Below are positions 48,529-59,161 of a stretch of DNA of 60,812 nucleotides, piece by piece (position 1 is the first letter of the stretch; each line of letters opens with the position of its first letter). The position numbers and the translations under genes are program-made. The notes beneath the pieces are model-generated. The model made no database searches. It was given only the letters and a program-made list of their open reading frames with translations, and had not been told where the DNA came from. Source of the DNA: Candidatus Thorarchaeota archaeon (GTDB taxonomy: Archaea; Asgardarchaeota; Thorarchaeia; Thorarchaeales; Thorarchaeaceae); assembly GCA_016839275.1 (NCBI GenBank), contig JAEOUM010000177.1:1-60812 (forward strand), in the 5' to 3' direction.

Positions 48529-49455
48529 ATGGCACACTCTATACTATCTGTTGCAGACCTGTCCACAGAGGATATGAACCATATCTTCTCTCGATCATTG
48601 AAACTCAAATCGCAATTGAAACAACATGAGAGTGTGCACGTCCTTGAAAATAAGGTCGCAGGGCTTCTTTTTGAGAAGCCCTCTACCCGGACGCGCACGA
48701 GCTTTCAGACTGCTGTACTGAGATTGGGCGGTCAGGCAGTGTATCTTCCTTCAAGTGAATTGCAGCTTAGTCGTGGTGAACCGATAAAGGATACAGCTCG
48801 AATCCTCGGTAGCTACTTGGATACAATTATAGCAAGGGTATATAGTCATCAGACTGTTACAGATCTTGCAAGATATTCTGACGTCCCTGTATTTAATGGA
48901 CTGAGTGACTTAGAACACCCAACCCAAATAGTGTGTGATTTGTTTACGGTAAAGGAAGTAAAGAAAGACCTAGAGGGGTTAACTCTCGCCTTTATCGGAG
49001 ATGGAAACAATGTTTCAAATTCGCTATTATTGGGAACTGCACTTACAGGAATGAACATGAATTTGGCATGTCCAGAAGGACATGATCCAGATAAGGCGAT
49101 TCTAGAGAGAGCAAAAAGGATTGCTAATGAAACAGGTTCAAAATTGCAGATAGTTCGTAATCCCGAAGAGGCTGCAAAAGATGCAGACGTTCTGTACACA
49201 GATGTCTGGGTCAGTATGGGAGAAGAGAAAGAGAGAGAGGAACGTCTCAAGACTTTCCAAGGATATCAGATCAATGCAAATCTACTCGCACTTGCAGCAA
49301 AAGACGCTGTCGTGATGCATTGCCTGCCAGCTCATAGAGGGCTCGAGATTACAGATGATGTAATTGAGGGAGACCAATCTATTGTTTGGGAGCAGGGAGA
49401 GAATAAACTGTATGGAGCGATTGGGCTTCTTGACTTCTTCTTAGGAGGTAAGTAA
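48529..49455 (+). CDS. arcB: Ornithine carbamoyltransferase (catabolic by context)
   Basis: STRTRTSF, HPTQ, DVWVSMG and HCLPA. Confidence 0.95.
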   Translation: MAHSILSVADLSTEDMNHIFSRSLKLKSQLKQHESVHVLENKVAGLLFEKPSTRTRTSFQTAVLRLGGQAVYLPSSELQLSRGEPIKDTARILGSYLDTIIARVYSHQTVTDLARYSDVPVFNGLSDLEHPTQIVCDLFTVKEVKKDLEGLTLAFIGDGNNVSNSLLLGTALTGMNMNLACPEGHDPDKAILERAKRIANETGSKLQIVRNPEEAAKDADVLYTDVWVSMGEEKEREERLKTFQGYQINANLLALAAKDAVVMHCLPAHRGLEITDDVIEGDQSIVWEQGENKLYGAIGLLDFFLGGK

Positions 49456-49456
49456 A

Positions 49457-50758
49457 ATGGAAACAAAAATCAGAGCTGAATGGGATACACTCCGTTCAGT
49501 AGCTATTCATAGATCAGGAATGGAGATGTTCTTTGGACTCCTTGAACCATATGCCTCGCTCTATGAACGTGCCTTCAGTCAGAATGGTGCAATACGAGAA
49601 CATGAGCGGTTAGAACATGTTCTGAAACATGAATTCCGAATCAAGGTTTTTCGGTTGAGAGATACAATAGTACAGGCTGCTGAACAGAGTCAAGAGATTC
49701 ATGATAGACTTGCGAAAGCAGCCCATGATGTTATTGAGGTATCAGGCAATACTGCAGATATCAAATTAGCACGTGGCGAACTCGAGAAAAACAAGGATAT
49801 ACTCGATCCTGGTCATTTCTTTGACATCCTGCTCTTGAATCCTCAGATTGAATTGGAGAGCGAGAAAGGCACAAGAATGATTCACTTGAACATTACAGAG
49901 AAACAACCTCTATCGAATATCTACTTCATGAGGGACCAACAAGCCGTGACAGACAAGGGTATTTTTCTATCTCGCATGAGTAAACCGCAGCGCAGAAGAG
50001 AGCCTACCGTCACGAAAATATTATGGGATGTCCTAGGAGCCAAAATTGTACATCCTGTCACGGAACCAGGAACATTCGAAGGCGGGGATTTCATACCTCT
50101 CAAAGACTTCGCTCTTGTAGGTGTTGGAGACCGAACAAATGAATCCGGAATCGAACAACTACTGAAATATGGTGTCGGATTCGATGAAGTCGGAGTCGTT
50201 CATCAACCTAATCACCCACTCATTCCAACTGATGACATAGACCCTATGATTGACATGCACCTTGACACATACTTCAATATTGCCTCTAAGGGTGTTGCTG
50301 TAGGCTTAAAACCGCTCTTGAAAGGAGCGAAAGTGGACATCTATAGCAGAAAAGGTCCAGGAGAATATGAGAAGGAGAAAGAGAACACAGACTTGCTCAG
50401 TTACATAACTGGGTGGGGATTTGATGTGGTTGGAATAACCACACTTGAACAACTCAGCTATGCGTCAAACTTTCTCACAATCAAAGATGGGACTATATTA
50501 GCTGTTGAAGTCGAGAGAGATATCAAAGATGTTCTTTTCAATCTTAAAAATAAGGCGAAGGCTGAACCAGAGAGATATGGAGGTCTTCTTGCGCAAGCAG
50601 AGAAAGACTATGAATTTCTTAAGAACGAGTCTGAATTCTTCCCACACAAAAGAGAGATCTATCAACATGGGATTGATGCATATCCCATGGTCCTCAAGAA
50701 TCTCACAGGTGGATATGGAGCAGCACATTGTATGACTGCGGCACTAGAGAGAAGGTAG
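49457..50758 (+). CDS. arcA: Arginine deiminase
   Basis: AEW, NIYFMRD, FEGGD, MHLDT and GGYGAAHCMT. Confidence 0.93.
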   Translation: METKIRAEWDTLRSVAIHRSGMEMFFGLLEPYASLYERAFSQNGAIREHERLEHVLKHEFRIKVFRLRDTIVQAAEQSQEIHDRLAKAAHDVIEVSGNTADIKLARGELEKNKDILDPGHFFDILLLNPQIELESEKGTRMIHLNITEKQPLSNIYFMRDQQAVTDKGIFLSRMSKPQRRREPTVTKILWDVLGAKIVHPVTEPGTFEGGDFIPLKDFALVGVGDRTNESGIEQLLKYGVGFDEVGVVHQPNHPLIPTDDIDPMIDMHLDTYFNIASKGVAVGLKPLLKGAKVDIYSRKGPGEYEKEKENTDLLSYITGWGFDVVGITTLEQLSYASNFLTIKDGTILAVEVERDIKDVLFNLKNKAKAEPERYGGLLAQAEKDYEFLKNESEFFPHKREIYQHGIDAYPMVLKNLTGGYGAAHCMTAALERR

Positions 50759-51739
50759 GTGCAGATGGCATCTGATGAAAACAAGACACGAATCATGGTT
50801 GCTTTGGGTGGAAACGCAATTCTGAAGCATACTGAGCAAGGAACAGCTACAGATCAATTGAGAAATGTAAGATTAACATCTAAAATGTTGGTGGAACTTA
50901 TTCTAGATGGTTACCAACTTGCAATCACACATGGAAATGGTCCACAAGTTGGTGATATTTTATTGAAAAATGAATTAGCAAAATCATCCTTACCACCAAT
51001 GCCTCTTGATATCTGTAGTAGTGAAAGCCAAGGTATGATAGGCTACATGTTACAGCAGAGTATGTATTCGGAATTGCATCTGGCAGGACTAGATTCTTCT
51101 ATTGCTACGATTGTCACCCAAACAGTAGTGAATTCAGATGATCCTGCATTTACTCATCCTTCAAAACCTGTGGGGCCATTCTATACAGCTATGGAAGCCT
51201 CTAAACTCAGAAACGAGAAAGGCTGGACTGTAATTGATGATAGTGGTCGAGGCTTTCGACGTGTAGTTCCTTCACCACAACCGGTCCAAATTTTGGAAGA
51301 AACTGCAATTAAAACTCTCTTTGACGAGGGAATAATGGTTGTAGCATCTGGAGGTGGAGGAGTCCCTGTCGTCATAGAAGAGGATGGATCAGTTAGAGGT
51401 GTTGAAGGAGTGATTGATAAAGATCGAGCCGCAGTACTTCTAGCACAGATAATATCAGCTGATATACTCCTAATACTTACAGATGTGAAGAATGTATATG
51501 TAGACTATAATCGTCCTAACCAAACTCCACTCCATAATATTTCAGTTGAAGAAGCAAAGAAATTAGCTGCAGACGGGCAATTTGCAGAAGGCAGCATGGC
51601 ACCTAAGGTCGAATCAGCCATTAGATTCGTTGAAGAAGGGGGAAAGAAAGCGATAATAACATCTATAGACAATGCTCGTCAGTCCTTAGATGGTAAATGT
51701 GGGACAGTGATTTCAAAAACGAAGTTGCATAGTTGGTGA
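50759..51739 (+). CDS. arcC: Carbamate kinase
   Basis: ALGGNA, THGNGPQVG, GFRRVVPSP, GGGGVPV, VIDKD and GSMAPKV. Confidence 0.96.
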   Translation: MQMASDENKTRIMVALGGNAILKHTEQGTATDQLRNVRLTSKMLVELILDGYQLAITHGNGPQVGDILLKNELAKSSLPPMPLDICSSESQGMIGYMLQQSMYSELHLAGLDSSIATIVTQTVVNSDDPAFTHPSKPVGPFYTAMEASKLRNEKGWTVIDDSGRGFRRVVPSPQPVQILEETAIKTLFDEGIMVVASGGGGVPVVIEEDGSVRGVEGVIDKDRAAVLLAQIISADILLILTDVKNVYVDYNRPNQTPLHNISVEEAKKLAADGQFAEGSMAPKVESAIRFVEEGGKKAIITSIDNARQSLDGKCGTVISKTKLHSW

Positions 51740-52128
51740 AGACAATGGGACAGCTAATAGATTTGATCAAAGAATATGAAAATACGAAGAAAGAGGATTT
51801 GGATTACAAAGCGATACTTGTGCTTGAGATGATTGAAAAAACCATAACCTATCCGCCTCTTGAAACCTTCGCTAAAAAGGACATTTCGAACGCTGGGGAT
51901 TGTGTTCAACAGCTTGTAAGAGATTTGAAAAAGAAAAAACGATACCTATTTGCTGTGAGAATATCGAAGATTTGGAAAAATAGAGAACACCTTTGTCAAT
52001 TAGCCAAGAATTGGCACGAGATTAGGGATGACTTCATGGATGAAATTGAGTATCATGAAGAAATCAAATGGCTAAGAGATGAGCGTACAAAACTGCTAAA
52101 GAAACATGGTGAAGCAATATCAAAATAA
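51733..52128 (+). CDS. Hypothetical helical protein
   Basis: Charged ORF overlapping the arcC stop; no motif recognised. Confidence 0.55.
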   Translation: MVKTMGQLIDLIKEYENTKKEDLDYKAILVLEMIEKTITYPPLETFAKKDISNAGDCVQQLVRDLKKKKRYLFAVRISKIWKNREHLCQLAKNWHEIRDDFMDEIEYHEEIKWLRDERTKLLKKHGEAISK

Positions 52129-52351
52129 TATTCAGTAGATATTTTCAGTTGCTGGTTTATTTCGTTTGTTATTATTCGATTTGAATAGATGTTCAACAAA
52201 AGATAATTTGTGTTTATATTTTTGTTCATCTCTCCTCTTAGGATTAGAAGGAGATTGTTTTGAAAAAAACTACTAATTCTAGTTTTGGCATTAGATGCAT
52301 TCATTCTCTTTGTAACATTAATCGTTGTACCTCTATAAGGAGGCGCACCTT

Positions 52352-52564
52352 ATGCAATTCCTGGATACGCAATCAATGAAATGGTCAGAAGAAGTCCTGA
52401 AAATACTTGATAGAATTCCTATATTTGCTCGAGCTATGGCAAGGAAATCGATTGAAAAACGTGCAAAAGAAATCGGAGCAAATATGATTGAAGAGAGTTT
52501 AGTTCAAGCAATTTCCAATAAAATGGGGATGCGAAAGGAGTCTAGTGATAATGACAAATCATGA
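52352..52564 (+). CDS. Stand-alone PCP_red (BchB/ChlB C-terminal-like) domain protein
   Basis: WSEEV..LDRIP.FAR..ARKSIEK.A...G...I pattern; AAGGAGG upstream. Confidence 0.8.
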   Translation: MQFLDTQSMKWSEEVLKILDRIPIFARAMARKSIEKRAKEIGANMIEESLVQAISNKMGMRKESSDNDKS

Positions 52565-53900
52565 AAAACGAAGCCAAGGATTAGGCTTACTCGCGGCAAT
52601 AACCTTTGCAGTAGGCACAATGATTGGAGCGGGAGTGTTTGTTCTGAGTGGATTGGTTGTAAGTATTACAGGTCCGGCAGCTTTGCTGTCATATGCTATT
52701 TGCGCATTCTTAGTAGCGTTTTCGGGTTTGTCCTATGCTATGCTTGCTAGTATATTTCCTGAAGATGGTGGCGGTTATCTCTATTCTGAAAAGATACTAG
52801 GGAAATATCCAGGGTTCTTAGCAGGATGGATTATGTACATTGCTCAACCTATTGTGCTTTCTTTCGTACTTTTGAGTTTTGGAATATACTTGAATCTGCT
52901 CCTTTCTGTAGGTCTAGATCCTAGACTATTTGCTGCAGTAGCATTACTGCTGATTACTATCTTGAACATTAGAGGCATTGCAGAAGCAGGTAGATTCGAA
53001 ATAGCCGTCGTAGTCACGAAGGTATCAATCTTGATTCTATTCTTCTTTATCGGACTACTGCATTTAAGATCCTCAGTTTTCAACCAGTTCTTTGCAACTG
53101 GGGCTTCTGGTGTATTTCAAGGTGTAGCAATGGTTTTCTTTGCCTACATGGGATTCCAAGTTATCACTATGATGGCCGGAGAAGTAAAGGAATCAAGCAA
53201 GAAAGTCCCCCAAGCAATGCTGATTTCTATAGTGATTGTAACGATTATCTATCTTGGAGTAATACTCGCTTTACTTGCTGCAAATCTACCCACTTACGGG
53301 AGTGAGAGTGTCTTTGATGCGGCGTTGGTGCTCTTAGGGCCTATAGGTGGAGCTATTGTTGCACTAGGGGCTGTATTGTCCACATTGTCTTCAGCAAATG
53401 CTCTTACAGCAGGAGCTTCAAGAATAATTATGGAGATGGCAAGCGAAAAGCAAATTCCAGGTAGATTTGCCAAACTTAGGCATAATCAGCCAACAAATGC
53501 GATCATCTTAGGGTCGGGTGTTGCTATGATGTTTATCTTCTACGGTTCTTTAGATACAATTCTGGGGCTCGTGAACATGGCTATGCTCATTGCTATGTTC
53601 TTTGTCAATGTCAGTGCATTTGTCTTTGTAAGAAACAAGAGTATTCTAGATACTAACAAAGGATACTTTCAGATTCCATTGGGATCCCTGTTCCCAATTC
53701 TTGGTGCACTGTCCTGTGCAGTCATCTCACTCACGATAGCACCCGAGAGTATTCTAATTGGATTCATTGCCCTGTTCATTGGTACCGTTCTTTATATCAT
53801 TGAAGATACACCCGAAGGAGAGAGAGAAGTAGAAACAATCAGGATGCTTCTCAACCGCCAAACTTCTGGAATAAGCAAGTCAGATGATGTTCTTGAATGA
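52545..53900 (+). CDS. APC family amino-acid permease
   Basis: GTMIGAGVF, GGGY and FFAYMGFQ; about 12 TM helices. Confidence 0.9.
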   Translation: MIMTNHEKRSQGLGLLAAITFAVGTMIGAGVFVLSGLVVSITGPAALLSYAICAFLVAFSGLSYAMLASIFPEDGGGYLYSEKILGKYPGFLAGWIMYIAQPIVLSFVLLSFGIYLNLLLSVGLDPRLFAAVALLLITILNIRGIAEAGRFEIAVVVTKVSILILFFFIGLLHLRSSVFNQFFATGASGVFQGVAMVFFAYMGFQVITMMAGEVKESSKKVPQAMLISIVIVTIIYLGVILALLAANLPTYGSESVFDAALVLLGPIGGAIVALGAVLSTLSSANALTAGASRIIMEMASEKQIPGRFAKLRHNQPTNAIILGSGVAMMFIFYGSLDTILGLVNMAMLIAMFFVNVSAFVFVRNKSILDTNKGYFQIPLGSLFPILGALSCAVISLTIAPESILIGFIALFIGTVLYIIEDTPEGEREVETIRMLLNRQTSGISKSDDVLE

Positions 53901-53974
53901 GCATCTCTCGACCTGAGTTGGGATATGCTAATAAAACAGGGAGGATACAGAACCATAGCCAATAATATTCCAAT

Positions 53975-55837
53975 TTGATTAGTAGGGATCTGTCAATGAA
54001 CAAACGAATATCAATCATTGCAATTATCATTATGACGATGTTCATGGGCAGTATAACTGCAATGTTGTTTTTTGCAGGTTCTAATTTTCCAGAAAGAACT
54101 GCGTCTGTTCCGCCCCAGACCGAACTTGACACAAGCTTTTGGAATCTCACTGAAACAACTCTAGTACCACTTGATTTGAAAAATCATTCATTAGTAATAT
54201 CCTCTGTTCCGTATCAAAACGCATCGGTTGATTTGAATGAGTGGTATTTTGATTTTATGAGCGAAACATTTCGAGCGAATGATGTTAGAATAAACTCTGT
54301 AATCATCACTAGAAGCAATTTGACTACTCCATCTCCCGCAATCCTTTATCTTCATGGCTTTGGTGAGCAATATGCAGACTTTATCCAAATGCTTAGAGCC
54401 TTTGCGGCTGCAGGATATGTGGCTATGGGAATCGATCAACCTGGTTCGGGCAATTCCACAGGCTTTCCAGCTCTTAGCCCATTCACATTTTTGAATGTGA
54501 CCAGTGGACCAGAGGATTCCGGTCTCTTTCACTCCGTCTGGGCTGCAGCACGTTCGTTGACGCTCCTTGAATCGTTACCTCAAGTGCGAACTGATGCTAT
54601 GATTGTCGCAGGCGACTCAATGGGAGGATTAGTTACTTTCATCATTTCGGGAATCGATTCCCGTGTTGGTGGATCAATTCCAATGATTTCTGCAGGGAAT
54701 TTCCGTAACTCACTAACTTCAGGATCTCTACTCAACAGTGTAGTGGTACCCACATATCAGGTGGGATCTGACCAGCTGAAGAACGTAATCAAGTGGTTTG
54801 ATCCTCTGGCATATGCAAGATTGCTGACCAAACCAGTTTTCATGATGTTTGGTACAGATGACCAATTCTTTCCAATCACGTCGATGATGGATACTGTACA
54901 GGCAATAAATGCAGACCTTACTTTGAACATCATTCCAAACTGGGGTCACGGAATTCTTCTCGAATGGAGTAAAGACATTATTAGATGGGTCGATAGTCAT
55001 TTCAGAGGGGGCGAGCCTCTACCAAAATCCAGTGTTTCCTTCAGAAATGGAATCAGCCTTGAAGGAAGTGCAATTGAAGTAGAAATTGTAACAGAACATG
55101 CGGACAGTGTCTTCCTGTGTTGGAGATCAAGCGAGCCAGGTGCAGTATGGTTCTTTATTGAATTGGAAGCTGAGAGGGGAGCTCTTTTTGACACCTATAC
55201 TGGGACGATAGTACCTTTGGTTATCGGAAAGGTTCTTTTCTTTATCATCACGATGCAAGAGGATTCAACTCAGATTTCCTCAAAGATTTATGTAGGAAAT
55301 GCAGGCTCTTTCTTCTTTCCACTTCTCCTCATATTGTCCAGTTTTGGTATCTTATCACTACTTAGACTCAACATTTGGCACCCCCGGAAGATTCACCTCG
55401 TTAGAGAAATTCCTTATGTGGTTGGGGTCCTCATGCTCAGTGCGGGTTTTCTCCTGCCATTTATTACTATTCAGGGAAGAACAGGTCTCTCTGTATTTGG
55501 ATTCATTGAGTTATATGGCGAGAGCTTTTTGCTAGGAGGCTGGTTCCTGCCAGTAGTGCTTACGGGAGTCTGTCTCGTCATCGCTCTCTCCGCATTTCGG
55601 CACAGGTTCCAATTTCAAACAGCGGTCTTCGTTTGGTCACCGATTCTCGTAGTTGTCATTATTCTCTACAGAATATTCAGTGGAGTTTTTAGCTTCTTTG
55701 GCGATATTCTCTCAATTGAAGCTGGAATTGGTGCAGTTGCTCTAATAGGTGCAATACCATTAATGCAGATTTTTGACAGATTTGTCAGAACTCATGTCGG
55801 TGGAAAATTGCATCTTACTAGTTCAGGGAATTATTAG
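53975..55837 (+). CDS. Membrane-anchored extracellular alpha/beta hydrolase (esterase/peptidase-like)
   Basis: LHGFG, GDSMGG nucleophile elbow, GTDDQF and WGH; N-terminal TM and several C-terminal TM helices. Confidence 0.85.
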   Translation: MISRDLSMNKRISIIAIIIMTMFMGSITAMLFFAGSNFPERTASVPPQTELDTSFWNLTETTLVPLDLKNHSLVISSVPYQNASVDLNEWYFDFMSETFRANDVRINSVIITRSNLTTPSPAILYLHGFGEQYADFIQMLRAFAAAGYVAMGIDQPGSGNSTGFPALSPFTFLNVTSGPEDSGLFHSVWAAARSLTLLESLPQVRTDAMIVAGDSMGGLVTFIISGIDSRVGGSIPMISAGNFRNSLTSGSLLNSVVVPTYQVGSDQLKNVIKWFDPLAYARLLTKPVFMMFGTDDQFFPITSMMDTVQAINADLTLNIIPNWGHGILLEWSKDIIRWVDSHFRGGEPLPKSSVSFRNGISLEGSAIEVEIVTEHADSVFLCWRSSEPGAVWFFIELEAERGALFDTYTGTIVPLVIGKVLFFIITMQEDSTQISSKIYVGNAGSFFFPLLLILSSFGILSLLRLNIWHPRKIHLVREIPYVVGVLMLSAGFLLPFITIQGRTGLSVFGFIELYGESFLLGGWFLPVVLTGVCLVIALSAFRHRFQFQTAVFVWSPILVVVIILYRIFSGVFSFFGDILSIEAGIGAVALIGAIPLMQIFDRFVRTHVGGKLHLTSSGNY

Positions 55838-55926
55838 TTTAAACAGAGAAGATGATATAGAGGGGAACTTATAGCATTACGCACACCCCAATTGTTTAGA
55901 GAACCAGCAAGTGAGGAGAAATCAAA

Positions 55927-58900
55927 GTGAAGGTTGAGAAACGAGATAAGAGAATAGTAGACTTTGACGATTCGAAAATTGAGGCGGCCATTACAAAAGC
56001 CTTCGAAGCAGGTGACATAGACACTGGTCCAGTCCGTGGCATCACGAAAGAAGTGGTCCAGATAATTCATGAACTTGGAAAGGATGTCATCAATATTGAA
56101 GAGATACAAGATATTGTTGAAGACACCCTGATGCTACGAGGCTTTACAGATATTGCACGACGATACATGAAATACCGTGAGAAGCATCAGGAAGCCCGAA
56201 GAATCCTCCAGATGGTTGGCGTTGTGGATGATCTTAAGTTCGGGCCTAATGCAGCAACCGTGTTAAAGAGATATCTTTTGAAAAATGAAGAGGGCAAAGC
56301 TATTGAAACACCATCGCAACTTTTTCGAAGAGTATCTGGAGCGGTAGCGAGCAGTGAGAAGAAGTATGATGAAAGTGCTGATGTAAAAGAATATGATGAC
56401 CTCTTTTACTCAATGATGGCTAATCTTGAGTTTCTTCCTAATAGTCCAACTCTCTTCAATGCTGGTACAACACTTGGTCAGTGCAGTGCATGTTTTGTAC
56501 TTCCGATTGATGATGATATGAACTCTATCTTCACCTCTCTCAAACATATGGCAATGGTTCAGAAATCGGGCGGCGGGACAGGATTCTCATTCTCGAGACT
56601 GCGGCCTAAGGGAGCCCGAGTTGGTACTACGGGAGGAATAGCAAGCGGACCGATTTCATTCATGCGCGCATATGATACAGCTACGGATGTAATCAAGCAA
56701 GGAGGACGCAGAAGAGGGGCGAATATGGCGATACTCCGGTGTGATCATCCGGACATTATGGAATTCATATCATGCAAGTCTGATAAGCAAGCATTTCGTA
56801 ACTTCAACATCTCAGTTGCAGTAACAAAGAAATTCATGTCAGCGTTGAAAGATGATGCAGAAATAGAGCTGATTAGTCCTCATACAAAAGAATCAGTCAA
56901 GAGTATCAGTGCAAGAGCAGTCTTCGATGCAATCGTTCATAATGCATGGAGCACCGGCGATCCGGGAATCATCTTCATAGATCGGATTAATGAGAAGCAC
57001 CCGCTCAGCGGAGAACTAATTGAGTCCACAAATCCTTGTGTATCAGGGGATACTATTGTTAGTACTAGTAAAGGATTGATGAATATCCAAGATGTACCTG
57101 GTGTGATGAAAACTGCAAAGAAACTTGTCTATCGTCTTCAGACAAAGGAAGGATATCAGGTCAAAGTCACCAGAGATCATCGAATCCTTACGATATCTGG
57201 ATGGAAACGAGCAGGGGATTTGTGTAAAGGTGATAAACTATGCCTTCAGGTTAATGAGGAGGGATTCGGTCAAACAGGCAATCTCCGAATTGGTCAAATT
57301 CTTGGATGGTATGTTGGAGATGGATGGAGTACTGGAAAGGATCGTCGAGCCACTCTTGCATTCTATGGAAGGGATAAAGGAAGGCTGACTCATTATTACC
57401 TCAGCATTGTTAATGAGGAGCTCGAATCTGACTTAGTAGTAATAAAGAGCAAGAAACGAGAGGAGGTCAGGTCAAGGAGGATTTTGAAGCTTGTTCAAGA
57501 CTGGGAGATGAAATCAAAGAATATCTCGAAACTTTTGCTCTCATCATCAATGGAATGTCAAAGGGGCTTTTTGCAAGGATTATTCAGCGCAGATGGATCA
57601 GTCCAAGGAAGCCACCAAAAAGGTTTCACAGTACGACTAGCTCAAAGCAATCTGGATGTTCTATGTCGTGTACAAATTATGCTACTCAATTTTGGAATTG
57701 TTGCCAAAATTTATTCGAATAGACGGAGTGAACAAAAGCGATTAATGCCCAACAGTAAAGGACAACCCAATCTATACAGAACCAGAGCGAGTCATGAGCT
57801 AATTATATCAAAAGAGAATATTGTGGAATTCAGAGATAGGATTGGTTTTCTCCTAGATTACAAGCAGAAGCGATTAGTCAATGGTATAGAGTCATTAAAA
57901 GCACGTGGCCCTTACAAAGAGAGATTCTTTGCAAAATTTGAATCATTAACACCCCTTCAGGAAGAGGACGTCTTTGATATTGTTGCAACGCCTAGAGGTG
58001 GTTTTGTTGCAAATGGAATCATTGTGCATAATTGTGGCGAACAACCACTATTACCCTATGAGTCGTGTGTTCTTGGAAGCATAAATCTCTCAAAAATGGT
58101 CAGAGAAGGTGAGGTTCATTGGGAACGCCTTGAGGAGGTTATCCGCCTGGCAGTTCGATTCTTGGACAACATCATCGATTTGAATGTCTACCCGGTCAGT
58201 GAAATTGAAGCAGTAACAAAAGCCAATCGAAAGATCGGATTGGGAATAATGGGATTTGCAGAACTCCTTATTCAACTTGGGATCCCCTATGATTCAGAGA
58301 GAGGAATTGAGAAAGCAGAGGAAATCATGTCTTTCATCAAACAGAGGGCTGAACGTGCATCATCAGAACTGGCAAAGATACGAGGAAATTTCGAGAACTT
58401 CGCCCTTTTGAAGAAACGTAACACTTGGAAACGTAATGCGACATTAATTACAGTGGCGCCCACAGGTAGTATCGGTCTAATCGCACAGACATCCAGCGGG
58501 ATAGAACCATTATTTGCCGTAGCTCATAGTCGAATATTAGCTGAGGGTATCAATCTCAGCGAGGTGAATCCTCTGTTCAAAGCGATAGCTGAGAAAAGAG
58601 GGATATGGACAGATGAGCTTGAACGTCAGGTTGTGAGAACCGGGACTGTTCAAGACGTAGATTCAGTACCTGAAGATCTCAAACGTCTCTTCAAGACTGC
58701 ACACGAGATTAATCCGGCATGGCATGTTAGAATACAAGCTGCTTTCCAAAAACACACTGATAATGCGGTTAGCAAGACAGTGAATCTTCAAAATCAGGCA
58801 ACCACAGAAGATGTCGAGCGAATATTCCTATTAGCTGATGAACTTCAGCTCAAGGGTATAACCATCTTTAGGGATGGATGCCTTGATGGAGTTCAAGTTC

Positions 58901-58935
58901 TCTATAGTGGATGTACAAATTGTGATGTTCAGTAA
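55927..58935 (+). CDS. nrdJ: Adenosylcobalamin-dependent (class II) ribonucleotide reductase with ATP cone and intein
   Basis: ATP cone VEKRD..FD..KI, PNSPTL, ACFV, GGGTG, RRGANM, STNP|C...N|CGEQ, APTGS, SSGIEP, SKTVN and C-terminal CTNC. Confidence 0.95.
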   Translation: MKVEKRDKRIVDFDDSKIEAAITKAFEAGDIDTGPVRGITKEVVQIIHELGKDVINIEEIQDIVEDTLMLRGFTDIARRYMKYREKHQEARRILQMVGVVDDLKFGPNAATVLKRYLLKNEEGKAIETPSQLFRRVSGAVASSEKKYDESADVKEYDDLFYSMMANLEFLPNSPTLFNAGTTLGQCSACFVLPIDDDMNSIFTSLKHMAMVQKSGGGTGFSFSRLRPKGARVGTTGGIASGPISFMRAYDTATDVIKQGGRRRGANMAILRCDHPDIMEFISCKSDKQAFRNFNISVAVTKKFMSALKDDAEIELISPHTKESVKSISARAVFDAIVHNAWSTGDPGIIFIDRINEKHPLSGELIESTNPCVSGDTIVSTSKGLMNIQDVPGVMKTAKKLVYRLQTKEGYQVKVTRDHRILTISGWKRAGDLCKGDKLCLQVNEEGFGQTGNLRIGQILGWYVGDGWSTGKDRRATLAFYGRDKGRLTHYYLSIVNEELESDLVVIKSKKREEVRSRRILKLVQDWEMKSKNISKLLLSSSMECQRGFLQGLFSADGSVQGSHQKGFTVRLAQSNLDVLCRVQIMLLNFGIVAKIYSNRRSEQKRLMPNSKGQPNLYRTRASHELIISKENIVEFRDRIGFLLDYKQKRLVNGIESLKARGPYKERFFAKFESLTPLQEEDVFDIVATPRGGFVANGIIVHNCGEQPLLPYESCVLGSINLSKMVREGEVHWERLEEVIRLAVRFLDNIIDLNVYPVSEIEAVTKANRKIGLGIMGFAELLIQLGIPYDSERGIEKAEEIMSFIKQRAERASSELAKIRGNFENFALLKKRNTWKRNATLITVAPTGSIGLIAQTSSGIEPLFAVAHSRILAEGINLSEVNPLFKAIAEKRGIWTDELERQVVRTGTVQDVDSVPEDLKRLFKTAHEINPAWHVRIQAAFQKHTDNAVSKTVNLQNQATTEDVERIFLLADELQLKGITIFRDGCLDGVQVLYSGCTNCDVQ
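57037..58032 (+). mobile_element. Intein (332 aa) with a LAGLIDADG homing endonuclease
   Basis: Starts CVSGDT, block B VTRDHRIL, blocks C/E LGWYVGDG and LQGLFSADG, ends IIVHN followed by the extein Cys. Confidence 0.95.
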
Positions 58936-58999
58936 AGAATGCCAGATACCTGAAATCTCATCTTCCGCTCATCCATCTGAGCTGATTGAATAAGGATAA

Positions 59000-59161
59000 C
59001 TATGACAGTGACAACTTGGATTGTCTAGTCGCGTGTCTTGTAATTTCAAGATTGCATGATTTATGCTCGATACACCACTCCTCACATTTCTTCGCCCATT
59101 CCTTTTCATCATACAACAGATGACATTCCTCGCATTCGAATAGATTTCCTATCTTTTTCAT
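59000..59161 (-). CDS. Small zinc-finger protein, 53 aa: MKKIGNLFECEECHLLYDEKEWAKKCEEWCIEHKSCNLEITRHATRQSKLSLS
   Basis: Translated by hand (below the track cutoff). The CxxC...CxxxC..HxSC pattern resembles small archaeal zinc-finger proteins. Confidence 0.7.
   Translation of the reverse strand: MKKIGNLFECEECHLLYDEKEWAKKCEEWCIEHKSCNLEITRHATRQSKLSLS

Noticed and set aside
52053-52304. 83-aa minus-strand ORF
   Set aside because: Low-complexity, AT-rich intergenic DNA overlapping a plus-strand gene.
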